From Microcoleus sp. (GTDB lineage: Bacteria; Cyanobacteriota; Cyanobacteriia; Cyanobacteriales; Microcoleaceae): DNA of 64,000 bases. Where the stretch lies: assembly GCA_052279835.1 (NCBI GenBank), contig CP181291.1, forward strand, positions 64,001 to 128,000, read 5' to 3'. Below, one piece after another: positions 38,287-49,199 of this stretch (positions are counted from its first letter, which is position 1; each line of letters starts with the position of its first letter). The notes beneath the pieces are model-generated. The model was given only the letters and a program-made list of their open reading frames with translations, was not told the DNA's origin and ran no database searches. The position numbers and the translations under genes are program-made.

Positions 38287-40176
38287 ATGAAAATTTCTTG
38301 GCGAACTATACTACTTTGGACTCTACCCGCCCTAGTCATCGGGTTCTTCCTGTGGCAAGGGGCTTTTGCACCCTCGCCTGCAGAAATGACCAAGAACACC
38401 GCCAGCACGCGCCTCAGCTACGGTAGATTCTTAGATTACTTAAACGCCGGTCGAGTCACCAGCGTAGACCTTTACGATGCAGGTCGGACGGCTATTGTCG
38501 AAGCAGTCGATCCAGAACTGGACAATCACGTACAGCGGTGGCGAGTGGATTTACCCTCCAATGCCCCAGAATTGGTTTCCCGACTCAGAGCCTCCCAAAT
38601 CAGCTTCGACACTCACCCCCTGCGTAACGACAGCGCTGTGTGGGGACTCTTAGGCAATCTCGTGTTTCCTCTGCTATTAGTGGGAGGGTTGTTTTTTCTG
38701 TTCCGCCGCAACGGTGGTAACGTTCCCGGTGGCCCTGGTCAAGCGATGAATTTTGGTAAATCCAAAGCTCGCTTTCAAATGGAAGCCAAAACAGGCGTGT
38801 TGTTCGATGATGTAGCCGGCGTTGAAGAAGCAAAAGAAGAACTCGCCGAAGTCGTCACATTCCTGAAAAAACCAGAACGGTTCACCGCAGTGGGAGCGAA
38901 AATTCCCAAGGGTGTGCTGCTAGTTGGCCCTCCCGGAACAGGTAAAACGATGCTCGCAAAAGCGATCGCAGGGGAAGCCGGCGTACCTTTCTTCAGCATC
39001 TCCGGTTCGGAATTTGTGGAAATGTTCGTAGGTGTGGGTGCTTCCCGCGTCCGAGACTTGTTTAAGAAAGCCAAGGAAAATGCTCCTTGTATCATTTTTA
39101 TTGATGAAATTGATGCCGTGGGCCGTCAGCGGGGTTCCGGTATCGGTGGCGGTAATGATGAGCGCGAACAAACCCTCAACCAGTTGCTGACGGAAATGGA
39201 CGGTTTTGAGGGCAATACTGGGATTATCATCATTGCGGCCACAAACCGTCCTGACGTGCTTGACTCTGCTTTGCTGCGGCCGGGACGTTTTGACCGCCAA
39301 GTGAGCGTAGATACGCCTGATATCAAGGGCAGGTTGGATATTTTGGGGGTACACGCACGCAACAAGAAGTTGTCTGCTGAGATTTCCTTGGATGCGATCG
39401 CCCGTCGGACTCCTGGTTTTACCGGGGCTGATTTGGCAAACTTGCTCAACGAGGCTGCGATTTTAACTGCCCGTCGCCGGAAAGAAGCGATTACGATGCT
39501 GGAAATTGACGATGCAGTCGATCGCGTAGTCGCAGGTATGGAAGGCACTCCATTGGTGGACAGCAAGAGCAAACGCTTAATTGCATACCATGAAATCGGT
39601 CACGCGATCGTCGGTACGGTGATTCAAGCCCACGATCCGGTGCAAAAAGTAACTTTAGTCCCTCGCGGACAAGCCCGTGGTTTAACTTGGTTTATGCCTA
39701 GTGAAGACCAAGGTTTGATTTCGCGATCGCAAATTTTGGCACGGATTAGCGGTGCTTTGGGAGGCCGCGCAGCGGAAGAAGTAGTGTTTGGCGATGCCGA
39801 AGTTACCACCGGTGCAGGTAACGACTTGCAGCAAGTCAGCGGTATGGCGCGCCAAATGGTGACTCGCTACGGAATGTCAGACTTGGGCCCGATCGCCTTG
39901 GAAGCCCAACAAAGTGAAATTTTCCTCGGCCGCGACTACACAGCGCGATCGGAATATTCCGAAGAAATAGCCTCTCGGATTGACGGACAAGTTCGAGCAA
40001 TTGTCGATCATTGCTACAATGATGCGCGCCGAATTATTCGGGAAAATCGCACCGTAGTCGATCGCCTAGTTGATTTGTTGATTGAAAAAGAAACCATCGA
40101 CGGTGAAGAATTCCGGCAAATAGTGGCTGAATACACTTTTGTCCCCGAAAAAGAACAGTACGTTCCTCAGCTTTAA
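38287..40176 (+). CDS. ftsH: ATP-dependent zinc metalloprotease FtsH (FtsH2-type)
   Basis: [32 protein letters not shown]; the N-terminus [14 protein letters not shown] matches the cyanobacterial FtsH2 type. Confidence 0.96.
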   Translation: MKISWRTILLWTLPALVIGFFLWQGAFAPSPAEMTKNTASTRLSYGRFLDYLNAGRVTSVDLYDAGRTAIVEAVDPELDNHVQRWRVDLPSNAPELVSRLRASQISFDTHPLRNDSAVWGLLGNLVFPLLLVGGLFFLFRRNGGNVPGGPGQAMNFGKSKARFQMEAKTGVLFDDVAGVEEAKEELAEVVTFLKKPERFTAVGAKIPKGVLLVGPPGTGKTMLAKAIAGEAGVPFFSISGSEFVEMFVGVGASRVRDLFKKAKENAPCIIFIDEIDAVGRQRGSGIGGGNDEREQTLNQLLTEMDGFEGNTGIIIIAATNRPDVLDSALLRPGRFDRQVSVDTPDIKGRLDILGVHARNKKLSAEISLDAIARRTPGFTGADLANLLNEAAILTARRRKEAITMLEIDDAVDRVVAGMEGTPLVDSKSKRLIAYHEIGHAIVGTVIQAHDPVQKVTLVPRGQARGLTWFMPSEDQGLISRSQILARISGALGGRAAEEVVFGDAEVTTGAGNDLQQVSGMARQMVTRYGMSDLGPIALEAQQSEIFLGRDYTARSEYSEEIASRIDGQVRAIVDHCYNDARRIIRENRTVVDRLVDLLIEKETIDGEEFRQIVAEYTFVPEKEQYVPQL

Positions 40177-40290
40177 CAGAATATTCAGCGCGAATATAAT
40201 TCGCTCCTACAACAACTAAGTCCACTCCTAGGGGACTAAAGAAATTCAACCCGCGCCAGCGGGTTTTGTTTGTGTAAAAGCAGTTTCAAC

Positions 40291-40413
40291 GGGTGCATCT
40301 CAATGAGTGCAAATATATTAGTAGGGGCGAAGCATGACCGCTGTCAATCTCTGGTTATCACTAATAAATTGTCTGCGGTCATGCTATAGCCCTTACAAAG
40401 TTGGGATGCTCCC
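40291..40413 (-). mobile_element. MITE (~123 bp), copy 2, with perfect 8-bp target-site duplication
   Basis: Reverse complement of 5293-5414; flanked by GTTTCAAC at 40283-40290 and 40414-40421. Confidence 0.8.
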
Positions 40414-40529
40414 GTTTCAACCCCCCTTGTTCCACCCAGAAATTCAACCCGCTGGGAGTGGGTTTTGTTTGTTTAGAAAATGTTAGGCTTGAAAAATTCA
40501 AGTTTGGAACTGCCAATTCACTACCGAGT

Positions 40530-43157
40530 ATGTGTATTCATCCCAGAGGCGACGATGAAACTCTTGACACCTGCGAAGCATTAGTAGCAGAGCAAAAATT
40601 AAAAATCCGAGAGATCGAAGAGGAGTTACAGCAACAAAAAGAATTGTGCGTATATTTACGGACACAACTCCAAGCCGTCCAATATCTCTGCGGCTTGGAT
40701 TCCAACACTCAATTGGATCTCGCCGAGACTCGCACCGGGTTCATCGCCTCTGTTCAAACCAGCCAGGAACTTTACCGAATTCAAGATATAGCAGCACAAC
40801 AGCAAGCAGAAATAGCGCTGGGATTAATTAAAAACGATCTCAAAATTAAATATCAACAGCGTACTGAGGATTTAAAAATCGCCAACCAACTGTTGCGAGA
40901 AGAAATTATCGATCGCTGGCGCACAGAAGAAGCTTTGAGGGAAAGTCAGCAACAGCTAGAACTGTTTTTTTCTCAATCTGTAGATGGCTTTTTATTTATA
41001 ATGCTAGATGAACCTGTACAGTGGGATGATACAGTTGACCAAGAACAAGTCTTGAATTTTGTATTTTCTAAGGGGCGAGTAACGAAGGCAAATGATGCTT
41101 TGATAACTCAATATGGTTCTACTAGGGAAGAGTTTATTGGTCAGCCGCTTAACTTTTTCTTATCCCACAACTTGGCTGATGGTAGAGAGGTTATTAGGCA
41201 ATTATTTGAAGCGGGCAGAATTCATATAGAATGTGACAATTGCAAGTTGGACGGGACTCCAATTTGCGTCAAAGCTGACTATATTTGCATTTATGATACT
41301 TATGGCAGAATCGTCGGATATTTTGGCATGGAGTGCGATATTAGCGCACGCAAACAAGCAGAAGCAGCAGTTAAAGAAAGCGAAGAAAGGTTTAGACAGC
41401 TAGCAGAAAATATCGAAAGTGTGTTTTGGATTAGCGATCTTCCTAAAGATGAAATGATTTACGTCAGCCCTGCTTACGAAAAGATTTGGGGTAGAAAGTG
41501 TGCGGAATTGTATGCTGCACCAAAATCTTTTTTAGAGCCGATTCATCCAGAAGATCGACAGCGAATTATTGGCAATTTACCTAAACAAATATTGGGTGAA
41601 TACGATGAAGAGTATCGATTAGTTAAACCGAATGGGGAAATTAGCTGGATTCGAGACCGCGCTTTTCCGATTACAAATGCAACGGGTGAAGTCTACCGTA
41701 TAGTTGGCATTGCAGAAGATATCAGCGAGCGAAAAAAAGTCCAAAAAGAACTACAAGATGCCAAACAAATGTACCAGCAAATTCTTGATGCTATTACAGA
41801 CATCATACTGGTAAAAGGACCAGAATCTCGCATTGTCTGGGCAAACAAAGCCTTTCGCGACTATTACCAAAGGGAAAATTCGGAACTGATAGGTAGGATT
41901 GACGCTGAGCTTCAAGAACCGGATTATACTCAGCAATATATCCTCGACGATGCCAGCGTATTCAACACTGGTGAAGTTCGGCAAATCTTAGAAGAACCTC
42001 TGAAAAATAGTTACGGAGAAGTCAACTATTTCGACACAATTAAATCACCTATTTTTGACACGGAAGGTAAAGTGGTAATGACCGTCGGAGTTTCTCGGAA
42101 TATTACCGAAAGGAAACAGGCCCAAAAAGCTCTCCGGGAAAGTGAAGAACGCTTCCGTCAGCTAGCAGAAAATATCCAAGATTCTTTCTGGCTAGTTTCT
42201 GTTGAGTTGACCGATATTTTGTATGTGAGTCCAGCTTACGAACAAATCTGGGGGCGCACCCGCGAAGATTTGTTCGCCAATAACTACAATTGGATAGAGT
42301 GGGTGCATCCTGAAGACAGAAACCTTTTGCATCATTCATTTGGGCGAATCGTTGCCGGCGAATCTACTAGCACTGAATATAGGATTTTACGTCCAGACGG
42401 CACAACTTGTTGGGTGTGCGATCGAGCTTTTCCCATTTACAATGAGTCGGGGAAACTGTATCGCGTGGCGGGTATTTGCGAAGATATCAGCGAGCGCAAA
42501 TTTGCCGAGTCGCGCCTCCAAGGAACACTGCGGGAAAAAGAAGTATTGCTCAAGGAGATTCACCACCGAGTAAAAAATAATATGCAGGTAATTTCGAGTT
42601 TGCTAGAACTTCAAGCTCAATACATTGATGATGAAGCGACGCTATTTTTATTTGCAGAAAGCCAGAGCCGGATTCATTCAATGGCTTTGATTCACGAACA
42701 ACTTTATCAATCTGATAATCTGGCTCGGATCGACATTCAAAATTACGTAGAAAACTTGGTTGCTAATTTGTTTCAATCTTTTGGTTTGTGCAATGATTCG
42801 ATCCAAATAAATCTGAATATAGAGCCAATTTATTTAAATATAGAGACAGCAATTCCTTGCGGATTGATTATTAACGAACTGGTGTCTAATTCTTTAAAAT
42901 ATGCTTTCATTCCTACTCGCCAAGGTGAAATCACAATTAATTTTTTAGAAATTGTACCAACTGAATTTCACTTAAGTATTCAAGACAATGGTCGAGGATT
43001 TCCCCCAGGGTTTGATGTAGAAAATACTGAAACCCTAGGATTGCGATTGGTTAAAATGTTGGCCCAGCAATTAGATGGAGAAATTACAATTGACAGTCAG
43101 TGTGGAATCTGTTACAATATTTTGTTTAAAGAATTAAGTTATCGGCGACGCATTTAA
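40530..43157 (+). CDS. Multi-PAS sensor histidine kinase (HisKA_2/HWE-related type)
   Basis: Repeated ESEERFRQLAENI..YVSPAYE..HPEDR PAS units; LLKEIHHRVKNNMQ; NELVSNSLKYAF; DNGRG; start inferred. Confidence 0.9.
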   Translation: MCIHPRGDDETLDTCEALVAEQKLKIREIEEELQQQKELCVYLRTQLQAVQYLCGLDSNTQLDLAETRTGFIASVQTSQELYRIQDIAAQQQAEIALGLIKNDLKIKYQQRTEDLKIANQLLREEIIDRWRTEEALRESQQQLELFFSQSVDGFLFIMLDEPVQWDDTVDQEQVLNFVFSKGRVTKANDALITQYGSTREEFIGQPLNFFLSHNLADGREVIRQLFEAGRIHIECDNCKLDGTPICVKADYICIYDTYGRIVGYFGMECDISARKQAEAAVKESEERFRQLAENIESVFWISDLPKDEMIYVSPAYEKIWGRKCAELYAAPKSFLEPIHPEDRQRIIGNLPKQILGEYDEEYRLVKPNGEISWIRDRAFPITNATGEVYRIVGIAEDISERKKVQKELQDAKQMYQQILDAITDIILVKGPESRIVWANKAFRDYYQRENSELIGRIDAELQEPDYTQQYILDDASVFNTGEVRQILEEPLKNSYGEVNYFDTIKSPIFDTEGKVVMTVGVSRNITERKQAQKALRESEERFRQLAENIQDSFWLVSVELTDILYVSPAYEQIWGRTREDLFANNYNWIEWVHPEDRNLLHHSFGRIVAGESTSTEYRILRPDGTTCWVCDRAFPIYNESGKLYRVAGICEDISERKFAESRLQGTLREKEVLLKEIHHRVKNNMQVISSLLELQAQYIDDEATLFLFAESQSRIHSMALIHEQLYQSDNLARIDIQNYVENLVANLFQSFGLCNDSIQINLNIEPIYLNIETAIPCGLIINELVSNSLKYAFIPTRQGEITINFLEIVPTEFHLSIQDNGRGFPPGFDVENTETLGLRLVKMLAQQLDGEITIDSQCGICYNILFKELSYRRRI

Positions 43158-43298
43158 AATAATTTGATTTGCGGATATATCTGTACACAAACAGTTAAGC
43201 GTTACATTGAACCTCTTTGAGAGTAGGCATGATTTATCCTGCAACGCCCTTTCATCCCTGGACTAAAGTCACAGGGTTTTCAGGGTATTTCTTATAAT

Positions 43299-44009
43299 TT
43301 AAGAGACGGATTTTTGCTGGCTAGGTATCATCACCAGAGCCCAATAGGGAACTTCTGCCGGATCGACATCTGCGATCGCCCGAATGCGCTGATTTGGCAT
43401 AGTTGCTCGTTCAATATATAATGCTCGATCGAACTGTCCCAACTCAATCAACACATCCTTGACTTTGGCAAAGTGGCGGCCCAGCTTAATAATCACAGCA
43501 GCATCAACCAGTGCCAGTCGATCGCGCAAAACCTCAGCATCGAGAGTCGCAGGCATAATACTTAACACATCATTGCGGTAAGTAAGCGGCACTCCCAAGG
43601 CACTTGCACTCGCCATTGTCGAAGAAATTCCCGGCACAACTTCCGTCGTAAATGTTCCCGACAAACGGTTAAATAGATACATAAAAGTGCCGTAGAGAAA
43701 AGGTTCCCCCTCACATAGCACAGCCACATCCCGTCCCTCGCCCAGATGGTCCGCAATCTTCTCGGCCGCAATATCATAATAAGGTTGAGACGATCGCGTC
43801 GGACTAAAAGGCAGTGGCATCGGAATCTCAATTTGTTCCGGGCGAAGATAATCTGCGACGATCGCCCGCGCCAACACCTTACCATTTTCCATGGCCGGAT
43901 AAGCAATCACCGGGACCGATCGCAAAATCCGATAAGCCTTCAAAGTAATCAACTCAGGATCGCCAGGACCAATACCCAAACCGTACAATTTACCAGTAGT
44001 CTTAGTCAT
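43299..44009 (-). CDS. cobI: Precorrin-2 C20-methyltransferase
   Basis: [41 protein letters not shown]. Confidence 0.92.
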   Translation of the reverse strand: MTKTTGKLYGLGIGPGDPELITLKAYRILRSVPVIAYPAMENGKVLARAIVADYLRPEQIEIPMPLPFSPTRSSQPYYDIAAEKIADHLGEGRDVAVLCEGEPFLYGTFMYLFNRLSGTFTTEVVPGISSTMASASALGVPLTYRNDVLSIMPATLDAEVLRDRLALVDAAVIIKLGRHFAKVKDVLIELGQFDRALYIERATMPNQRIRAIADVDPAEVPYWALVMIPSQQKSVS

Positions 44010-44636
44010 AATTCGTCCTTTTTCGCTAACGCATTTACTGCCGCCGTTGCCATTGCACTGCCACCCCGCCTTCCGTGCACTGTAATAAACGGCACACCCC
44101 GACTGTTGGCAGCGAGTTCCGCTTTGGATTCGGCGGCACCGACAAATCCTACGGGGAAACCCAGAATTAAAGCTGGTTTCGGAGCTCCATCATCCAACAT
44201 TTCCAGCAGTCGAAACAAAGCAGTGGGGGCATTACCAATAGCCACTACCGCCCCCTCCAAATCATTTAGCCACAAATCAAGGGCTGCGGCCGATCGAGTA
44301 TTTCCGATTTTTTGCGCCAACTCCGGGGACATGGGGATGCCAGAGGGTGCAAATCACCGTATTGTCGGCGGGGAGGCGTTTGCGGGTGATCCCTTCGGCT
44401 ACCATGCGGGAATCGCAGAGGATGGGCGCGCCGGCGGCAAGGGCGTTGCGCCCAGCAGTGGCGGCACCGGGGGAGGCTGCTAAGTCTGTGACAATATCTG
44501 TCATGCCGCAACTGTGTATCAGGCGCACTGCGACGGATTCTAAGTCGGGGGGCAAGTTTGACAAGTCTGCTTCGGCGCGAATTGTGGCGAAGGATTTGGT
44601 GTAGATTTCTGTTCCGTCTTTAATATAGTCAAGCAT
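44006..44636 (-). CDS. cobH: Precorrin-8X methylmutase, split by a +1 frameshift at ~44325-44328
   Basis: N-half ([33 protein letters not shown]) and C-half ([34 protein letters not shown]) join if one base of the GGGG run is removed. Confidence 0.88.
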
Positions 44637-44712
44637 TATTTAAAACTGGATCTTTTTTGAATGAACCGCGAAGGCGCTAAGGGCGCGAAGGAAGAAAGAG
44701 GAAGAAAGAGGT

Positions 44713-46164
44713 TCACTTGTGGTTTGGTTTTTTGGGGTTAAGGAATTGCTGCAATTGGTCGATCGCACTTCGATCTACAAATTCGCCCAAGGATTCGTCT
44801 GGCGATCGCCATCGCTGGTATATTTGCAGCAATTTGTTTGTAAAACTTGCAATCTCTGCAACTCTTACGCCCTGGAAAATTTTCCGCCCAAAAGGCGAGT
44901 CTGTTGTACCTGCGTAAATGTCGTAACCTGCGATGGTTTCGTTTTGTTGTTTTATCTGAATTCCCACTAACGTTATGTCAATGGGAGAATGTTGGGCGCA
45001 GGATTTTTCGCAACCGCTGAAATGAATGTTAATTGGGCGATCGATCTGCAATTTTTGGGCTAAATCCTTCACCATTGCTAGGGCGTGGGTTTGGGTATCT
45101 GTCATCGCCGATGCACAGCCAGTGTTGCCGGCACAAGCAACTAAACATGAGTCTAGATTGGTTGCGGATGAGTGCAATCCCAAACGGGCGATCGACTTTT
45201 CGAGTTCGCTAAGGCGGTGGTTCGGGATGTCATAAATCAACAGATTTTGCCAAGGCGTGAGCCTGAGAGTGCCTCCGCCGAAGTTTTGGGCTAAATTTGC
45301 CAAATCTCGCAGTTGTTGCGATTTTAGCCTACCTAATGGCAGCGCAATTCCGATGTAGGAGAAACCGGATTGTTGTTGGGGGTGAATGCCGAGATGTTGG
45401 TAATTGGCTAGGGATTTTTCAGACGGAGCGATCGAGCTTTGCTGCAATACAAAAGGTAAATTATGCTGTATCTGTTCGAGATATTTTTCCACACCCCAAT
45501 CTGCCAGCAGGTGACGCAAACGCGGTTTTTTACCTTCAATTCGAGGCTGATTTTTTGTGTATTGAAGATAAACGCTAGCGATGGCTGCTAATACTGAAAT
45601 ACATTGCGATTCTTGAATTATAATCCCTGTGTCGCCGTTTAAATACAGCCGAAGCACGATTTCTGAATCAGCAGATCGCCTTTCTGCTGCTAATAAAATA
45701 TCGTTGCGAATAGCGCGGATCGAAACCGATTCTCCGCCGTCAAAACCGACACTGAATTTAGGCGAAAGTTCCGCAAGTTCGGGATGGGTTTGCAGATAAT
45801 TATCCCAATCTGTAACTAGGGGGCGAGTATCGAGTAACGATTGGCGATCGATACCCGCTGTTGGACTGGCCATAATATTGCGAATCGGGTCAATTTCAAC
45901 TAAGCGAGATGCTAATCCCAATGCTTGCAAATTCTGCCAGACTTCAGCAGAAATTGCCGAGTTCAAGTTTCGGATTTGCAAATTCGCGCGATTTGTTACT
46001 TGCACGTAGCCCGTACCGTATCGATCGACTAAATCCGCGATCGCCCCACACTGCGCTACATTTAAAATTCCGCCCGGAATCCGCATCCTCGATAATATTC
46101 CGTCTCTGGCTCTGGAACCAGAAAATAAGCCCGGACAAGTCGGTAATTCACTCAAACTTAACAA
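44713..46164 (-). CDS. cobG: Precorrin-3B synthase (nitrite/sulfite-reductase fold)
   Basis: CPGLF...DGILSRMRIPGG, TNRANLQIR, RNIMASP, SPKFS, RLTPWQN, ACAGNTGC, HFSGCEKSCA; TTG start with GGAG RBS; first gene of cobG-H-I. Confidence 0.88.
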   Translation of the reverse strand: MLSLSELPTCPGLFSGSRARDGILSRMRIPGGILNVAQCGAIADLVDRYGTGYVQVTNRANLQIRNLNSAISAEVWQNLQALGLASRLVEIDPIRNIMASPTAGIDRQSLLDTRPLVTDWDNYLQTHPELAELSPKFSVGFDGGESVSIRAIRNDILLAAERRSADSEIVLRLYLNGDTGIIIQESQCISVLAAIASVYLQYTKNQPRIEGKKPRLRHLLADWGVEKYLEQIQHNLPFVLQQSSIAPSEKSLANYQHLGIHPQQQSGFSYIGIALPLGRLKSQQLRDLANLAQNFGGGTLRLTPWQNLLIYDIPNHRLSELEKSIARLGLHSSATNLDSCLVACAGNTGCASAMTDTQTHALAMVKDLAQKLQIDRPINIHFSGCEKSCAQHSPIDITLVGIQIKQQNETIAGYDIYAGTTDSPFGRKIFQGVRVAEIASFTNKLLQIYQRWRSPDESLGEFVDRSAIDQLQQFLNPKKPNHK

Positions 46165-46206
46165 ATAAACTCCTCCCCGTGCGACGCAGGGAATCTAAAG
46201 TAAACT

Positions 46207-46279
46207 CCTGAAATCGGCATTCTGGCTTTGACAGTTGCGGCACAGCGCCGGAATTACACCGGACTTTCCCGCTTTCAGG
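46207..46279 (-). ncRNA. Cobalamin riboswitch (compact, class II-like) upstream of cobG
   Basis: Minus strand CCTGAAAGCGGGAAAGTCCGGTGTAATTCCGGCGCTGTGCCGCAACTGTCAAAGCCAGAATGCCGATTTCAGG contains GGGAA, CCGGTG-AAT-CCGG, CCGCAACTGT and a B12-box-like AGCCAGA; closing CCTGAAA/TTTCAGG helix. Confidence 0.85.
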
Positions 46280-46385
46280 TTTAAGAAAGGTATCACAATT
46301 TTGCCCCCCAAAACCAAAACCCTCAATTTTCTTAACAAATTCCCCCTCGCCTAATTGCCTTGAGTAATGAAAAATCGCCTAGTTT

Positions 46386-46655
46386 TCAATCAGGTTCGGT
46401 AGGGGAGTTAAAACAAAAACAAACCAATGACAAACCAAAGGTAGCCACAGGTAAAATATCTCCAAACATCATTGTATCTTGTTGATATTCCGTCGGCTGA
46501 GTTTCTCCCTCGATATTTCTAGGAGTTAAAATTTGTTCCAGAGAATTCACATTATTAGAATTAGTGAAGGCTGGCAATTCATCGGGTTTAACTGGAGAGG
46601 TGATGCTGAGAGTAGTCCAGAAAAACATTAAGGTTAAAATATTTAGGTATTTCAT
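46386..46655 (-). CDS. Small hypothetical exported/membrane protein
   Basis: Signal-peptide-like N-terminus and hydrophobic C-terminal stretch; no recognised family. Confidence 0.4.
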   Translation of the reverse strand: MKYLNILTLMFFWTTLSITSPVKPDELPAFTNSNNVNSLEQILTPRNIEGETQPTEYQQDTMMFGDILPVATFGLSLVCFCFNSPTEPD

Positions 46656-46954
46656 AGTAAAGACCCCGTTGTAAGTAATATAAATAAAAGGCTGAACGTT
46701 TTAGGTGTTTTGTTTGCCTCTACTTAAACTTTAGGGAAAAAGACGAATTACTAAACAACTAAAAGTGTCACTTTTTCTATGTGGCTTGTATTTGGTGACT
46801 TACCTAAATGCTGAAATGGCTGGAAAGCTTGTATCAAGGAAGTTGCCAACCAGGCGATTTAGTTTTTAGCTGTAGTCAATTAGTCAACTGGCTGTTGTCC
46901 AATATGCTGGAAATAGATTCATGCTGAGTGGCAAAAATTGCAGGAGTAGGGCTG

Positions 46955-48166
46955 ATGGTAGACAAATGGCTTTCGGTGGTGGGGATTGGGGAAGATGGAT
47001 TATCGGGATTGAGTTCGATCGCCCGTACCCTGCTCGATCGCGCTCGAGTTGTTGTCGGCGGTGCCCGTCACCTCGCCATGCTACCCACCGACGACACCAG
47101 GGAAAAATTGCTCTGGGCTTCACCTTTACAAGCCACAGTCGATGAGATTATCCGTCGCCAGGGTGAGTCGATTTGCGTGCTCGCCAGTGGCGATCCGATG
47201 TGTCACGGAATTGGTGTCACCCTGTCGCGCCGGATTCCGATCGCCGAAATGATGATAATTCCCGCAGCATCAGCCTTCAGTCTCATCTGCGCCCGTCTGG
47301 GTTGGGCTTTGGCGGAGGTTGAGACTTTCAGTTTGACAAATCGCCCAGTGGCCTCCATCGCCCTTTCTCTATATCCGGGGGCGCGGTTGTTAGTTTTAAG
47401 TGCCGATCAACACACGCCCGCTCTTGTGGCGAAAATGTTGACACAGCGGGGGTTTGGTAGCAGTTTGATGACTGTGTTTGAGCGGATGGGGGGGAACTCG
47501 GAACGGCGGATTGAAGCGGTTGCAGCAGCCTGGAATGCGACGGATTTGGCCGATTTGAATGCGATCGCGATTGTAGTTGCAGCCGATGGCGAAACTGCGA
47601 TTTTCCCTCGCACCTCTGGTTTGGCGGATGGTGCCTATCTCCACGACGGACAACTTACCAAACGGGAGGTTCGAGCCGTTACTCTGTCAACGTTGGCACC
47701 GGTTCCGGGTGAGTTGCTGTGGGATGTGGGGGCGGGTTGCGGCTCGATCGCGATCGAATGGATGCGCAGTCATCGGGGTTGTCGGGCGATCGCGATCGAA
47801 CGCCATCCAACTCGACTGCAATACATCGCTGAAAACGCTTCTAATTTGGGTGTTTCGGAACTTCAAATTGTGGCGGGAGAGGCGCCGGATGCTTTGGCTT
47901 CTTTGCCTCAACCGGATGCTATTTTCATCGGTGGTGGTGTCACCGCAGAAGCTTTACTGGAAACCTGTTGGAATGCTTTGGGTGAGGGCGGCCGATTAGT
48001 TGTGAATGCGGTGACTATTGAGAGTGAGTTGAAGGTTTTACAATGGCATTCTTTACACGGCGGGGAGTTAATTAGAATTGGGATTCAGCGGGTTGGGGCG
48101 ATCGGTTCTTTTCAGGGTTGGAAGCCGCTTGCACCGATTACTCAGTGGGCGGTTGTTAAGGGGTAA
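46955..48166 (+). CDS. cobL: Precorrin-6Y C5,15-methyltransferase (decarboxylating), CbiE/CbiT fusion
   Basis: VVGIGEDG, LASGDPMCHG, DGQLTKREVRA, WDVGAGCGS, PDAIFIGGG, GGRLVVNAVT. Confidence 0.92.
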   Translation: MVDKWLSVVGIGEDGLSGLSSIARTLLDRARVVVGGARHLAMLPTDDTREKLLWASPLQATVDEIIRRQGESICVLASGDPMCHGIGVTLSRRIPIAEMMIIPAASAFSLICARLGWALAEVETFSLTNRPVASIALSLYPGARLLVLSADQHTPALVAKMLTQRGFGSSLMTVFERMGGNSERRIEAVAAAWNATDLADLNAIAIVVAADGETAIFPRTSGLADGAYLHDGQLTKREVRAVTLSTLAPVPGELLWDVGAGCGSIAIEWMRSHRGCRAIAIERHPTRLQYIAENASNLGVSELQIVAGEAPDALASLPQPDAIFIGGGVTAEALLETCWNALGEGGRLVVNAVTIESELKVLQWHSLHGGELIRIGIQRVGAIGSFQGWKPLAPITQWAVVKG

Positions 48167-48373
48167 TTCCGATGATTAAATACGAATATTTAACCGCAGA
48201 GTGCGCAGAGAACACAGAGGAAGAGATCGGAGAGATGAATCATTATAAGTTAGCGATTCATTTGACTATTTTCTCCCCTACAGGGTTGCATACAATAATT
48301 TTCACTTGATGTCGTTTGAATGATGCTTTTATGCTAAGATGAAGGCAGGTTTACATTGTCTTATGAGGTCGTT

Positions 48374-48760
48374 ATGACCAGTTCGCTATCGTCTACAAGT
48401 ATTTCTCGCTATGTCACCCGCAATCCAGAGGTTTTGCAGGGCGAACCGATTATTGCAGGCACTCAAGTTACTGTACGGGATATTGTGGTGTTTTGGAAAT
48501 CGGGAATCAAGCCGGAAGAAATCCCGCAGAAGTTACTGCAACTCGTAACGGCTGCTCAAGTGTTTGATGCGATTAGCTTTTATCTGGACAATCAGCCCGA
48601 AATTGACGATCGGATTGCTTGGTACGAGGCGCGTCCGATGTTGAATGTTTCACCTCTTTTGAGATGCAATCCGTTGCTGAATGAAGTCATGGAATATGTT
48701 GCAGCCTATCGGCGCGATCGAAATGCCGAGAGCGATTTTCCTGAGTCTGAGACCCTATGA
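48374..48760 (+). CDS. DUF433-domain antitoxin
   Basis: TRNPEVLQGEPIIAGTQVTVRDIV...AQVFDAISFYLDNQPEI. Confidence 0.82.
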   Translation: MTSSLSSTSISRYVTRNPEVLQGEPIIAGTQVTVRDIVVFWKSGIKPEEIPQKLLQLVTAAQVFDAISFYLDNQPEIDDRIAWYEARPMLNVSPLLRCNPLLNEVMEYVAAYRRDRNAESDFPESETL

Positions 48761-49182
48761 CTCAATATATTCTCGATACCGACCATATCACACTGCTGCA
48801 ACACTCTAATCCACTCATATTGCAACGTTTTGAAACTCTCCACACCAGCGATGTTGCTATTACTGTCATCAGTGTTGAGGAATTGATTCAGGGCTGGTTC
48901 AATGCAATTCGACAAGCTTCGCAACCCGGACAGCAGCAACGCTTAACTTGGGCTTATGTGGGATTGCGATCGGCTGTTAAATTTCTCAACGATTTTCTCG
49001 TTCTGGATTTTACCGAGTCAGCTTACGAGCAATATTTGGCGCTGCGCCGTCAGGGAATACGAATTGGGACACAAGATTTGCGGATTGCGTCCATTGCTTT
49101 GGTTAATAACTCAATTTTAGTGACGCGAAATCGAAAAGATTTTGCACAATTGCCAGGGCTGGTTTTGGAGGATTGGACATAA
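48757..49182 (+). CDS. vapC: VapC-family PIN toxin
   Basis: YILDTDH, ISVEE, IGTQDLRIASIAL, LVTRNRKDF; ATGA overlap with the antitoxin. Confidence 0.88.
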   Translation: MTQYILDTDHITLLQHSNPLILQRFETLHTSDVAITVISVEELIQGWFNAIRQASQPGQQQRLTWAYVGLRSAVKFLNDFLVLDFTESAYEQYLALRRQGIRIGTQDLRIASIALVNNSILVTRNRKDFAQLPGLVLEDWT

Positions 49183-49199
49183 CAACAATAATGCACTCA

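Noticed and set aside
40401..40529. N-terminal extension of the PAS kinase
   Set aside because: Derives from MITE/repeat sequence; the ATG at 40530 is the more plausible start
43746..44483. 245-aa plus-strand ORF
   Set aside because: Antisense shadow of cobI/cobH with no recognisable motifs
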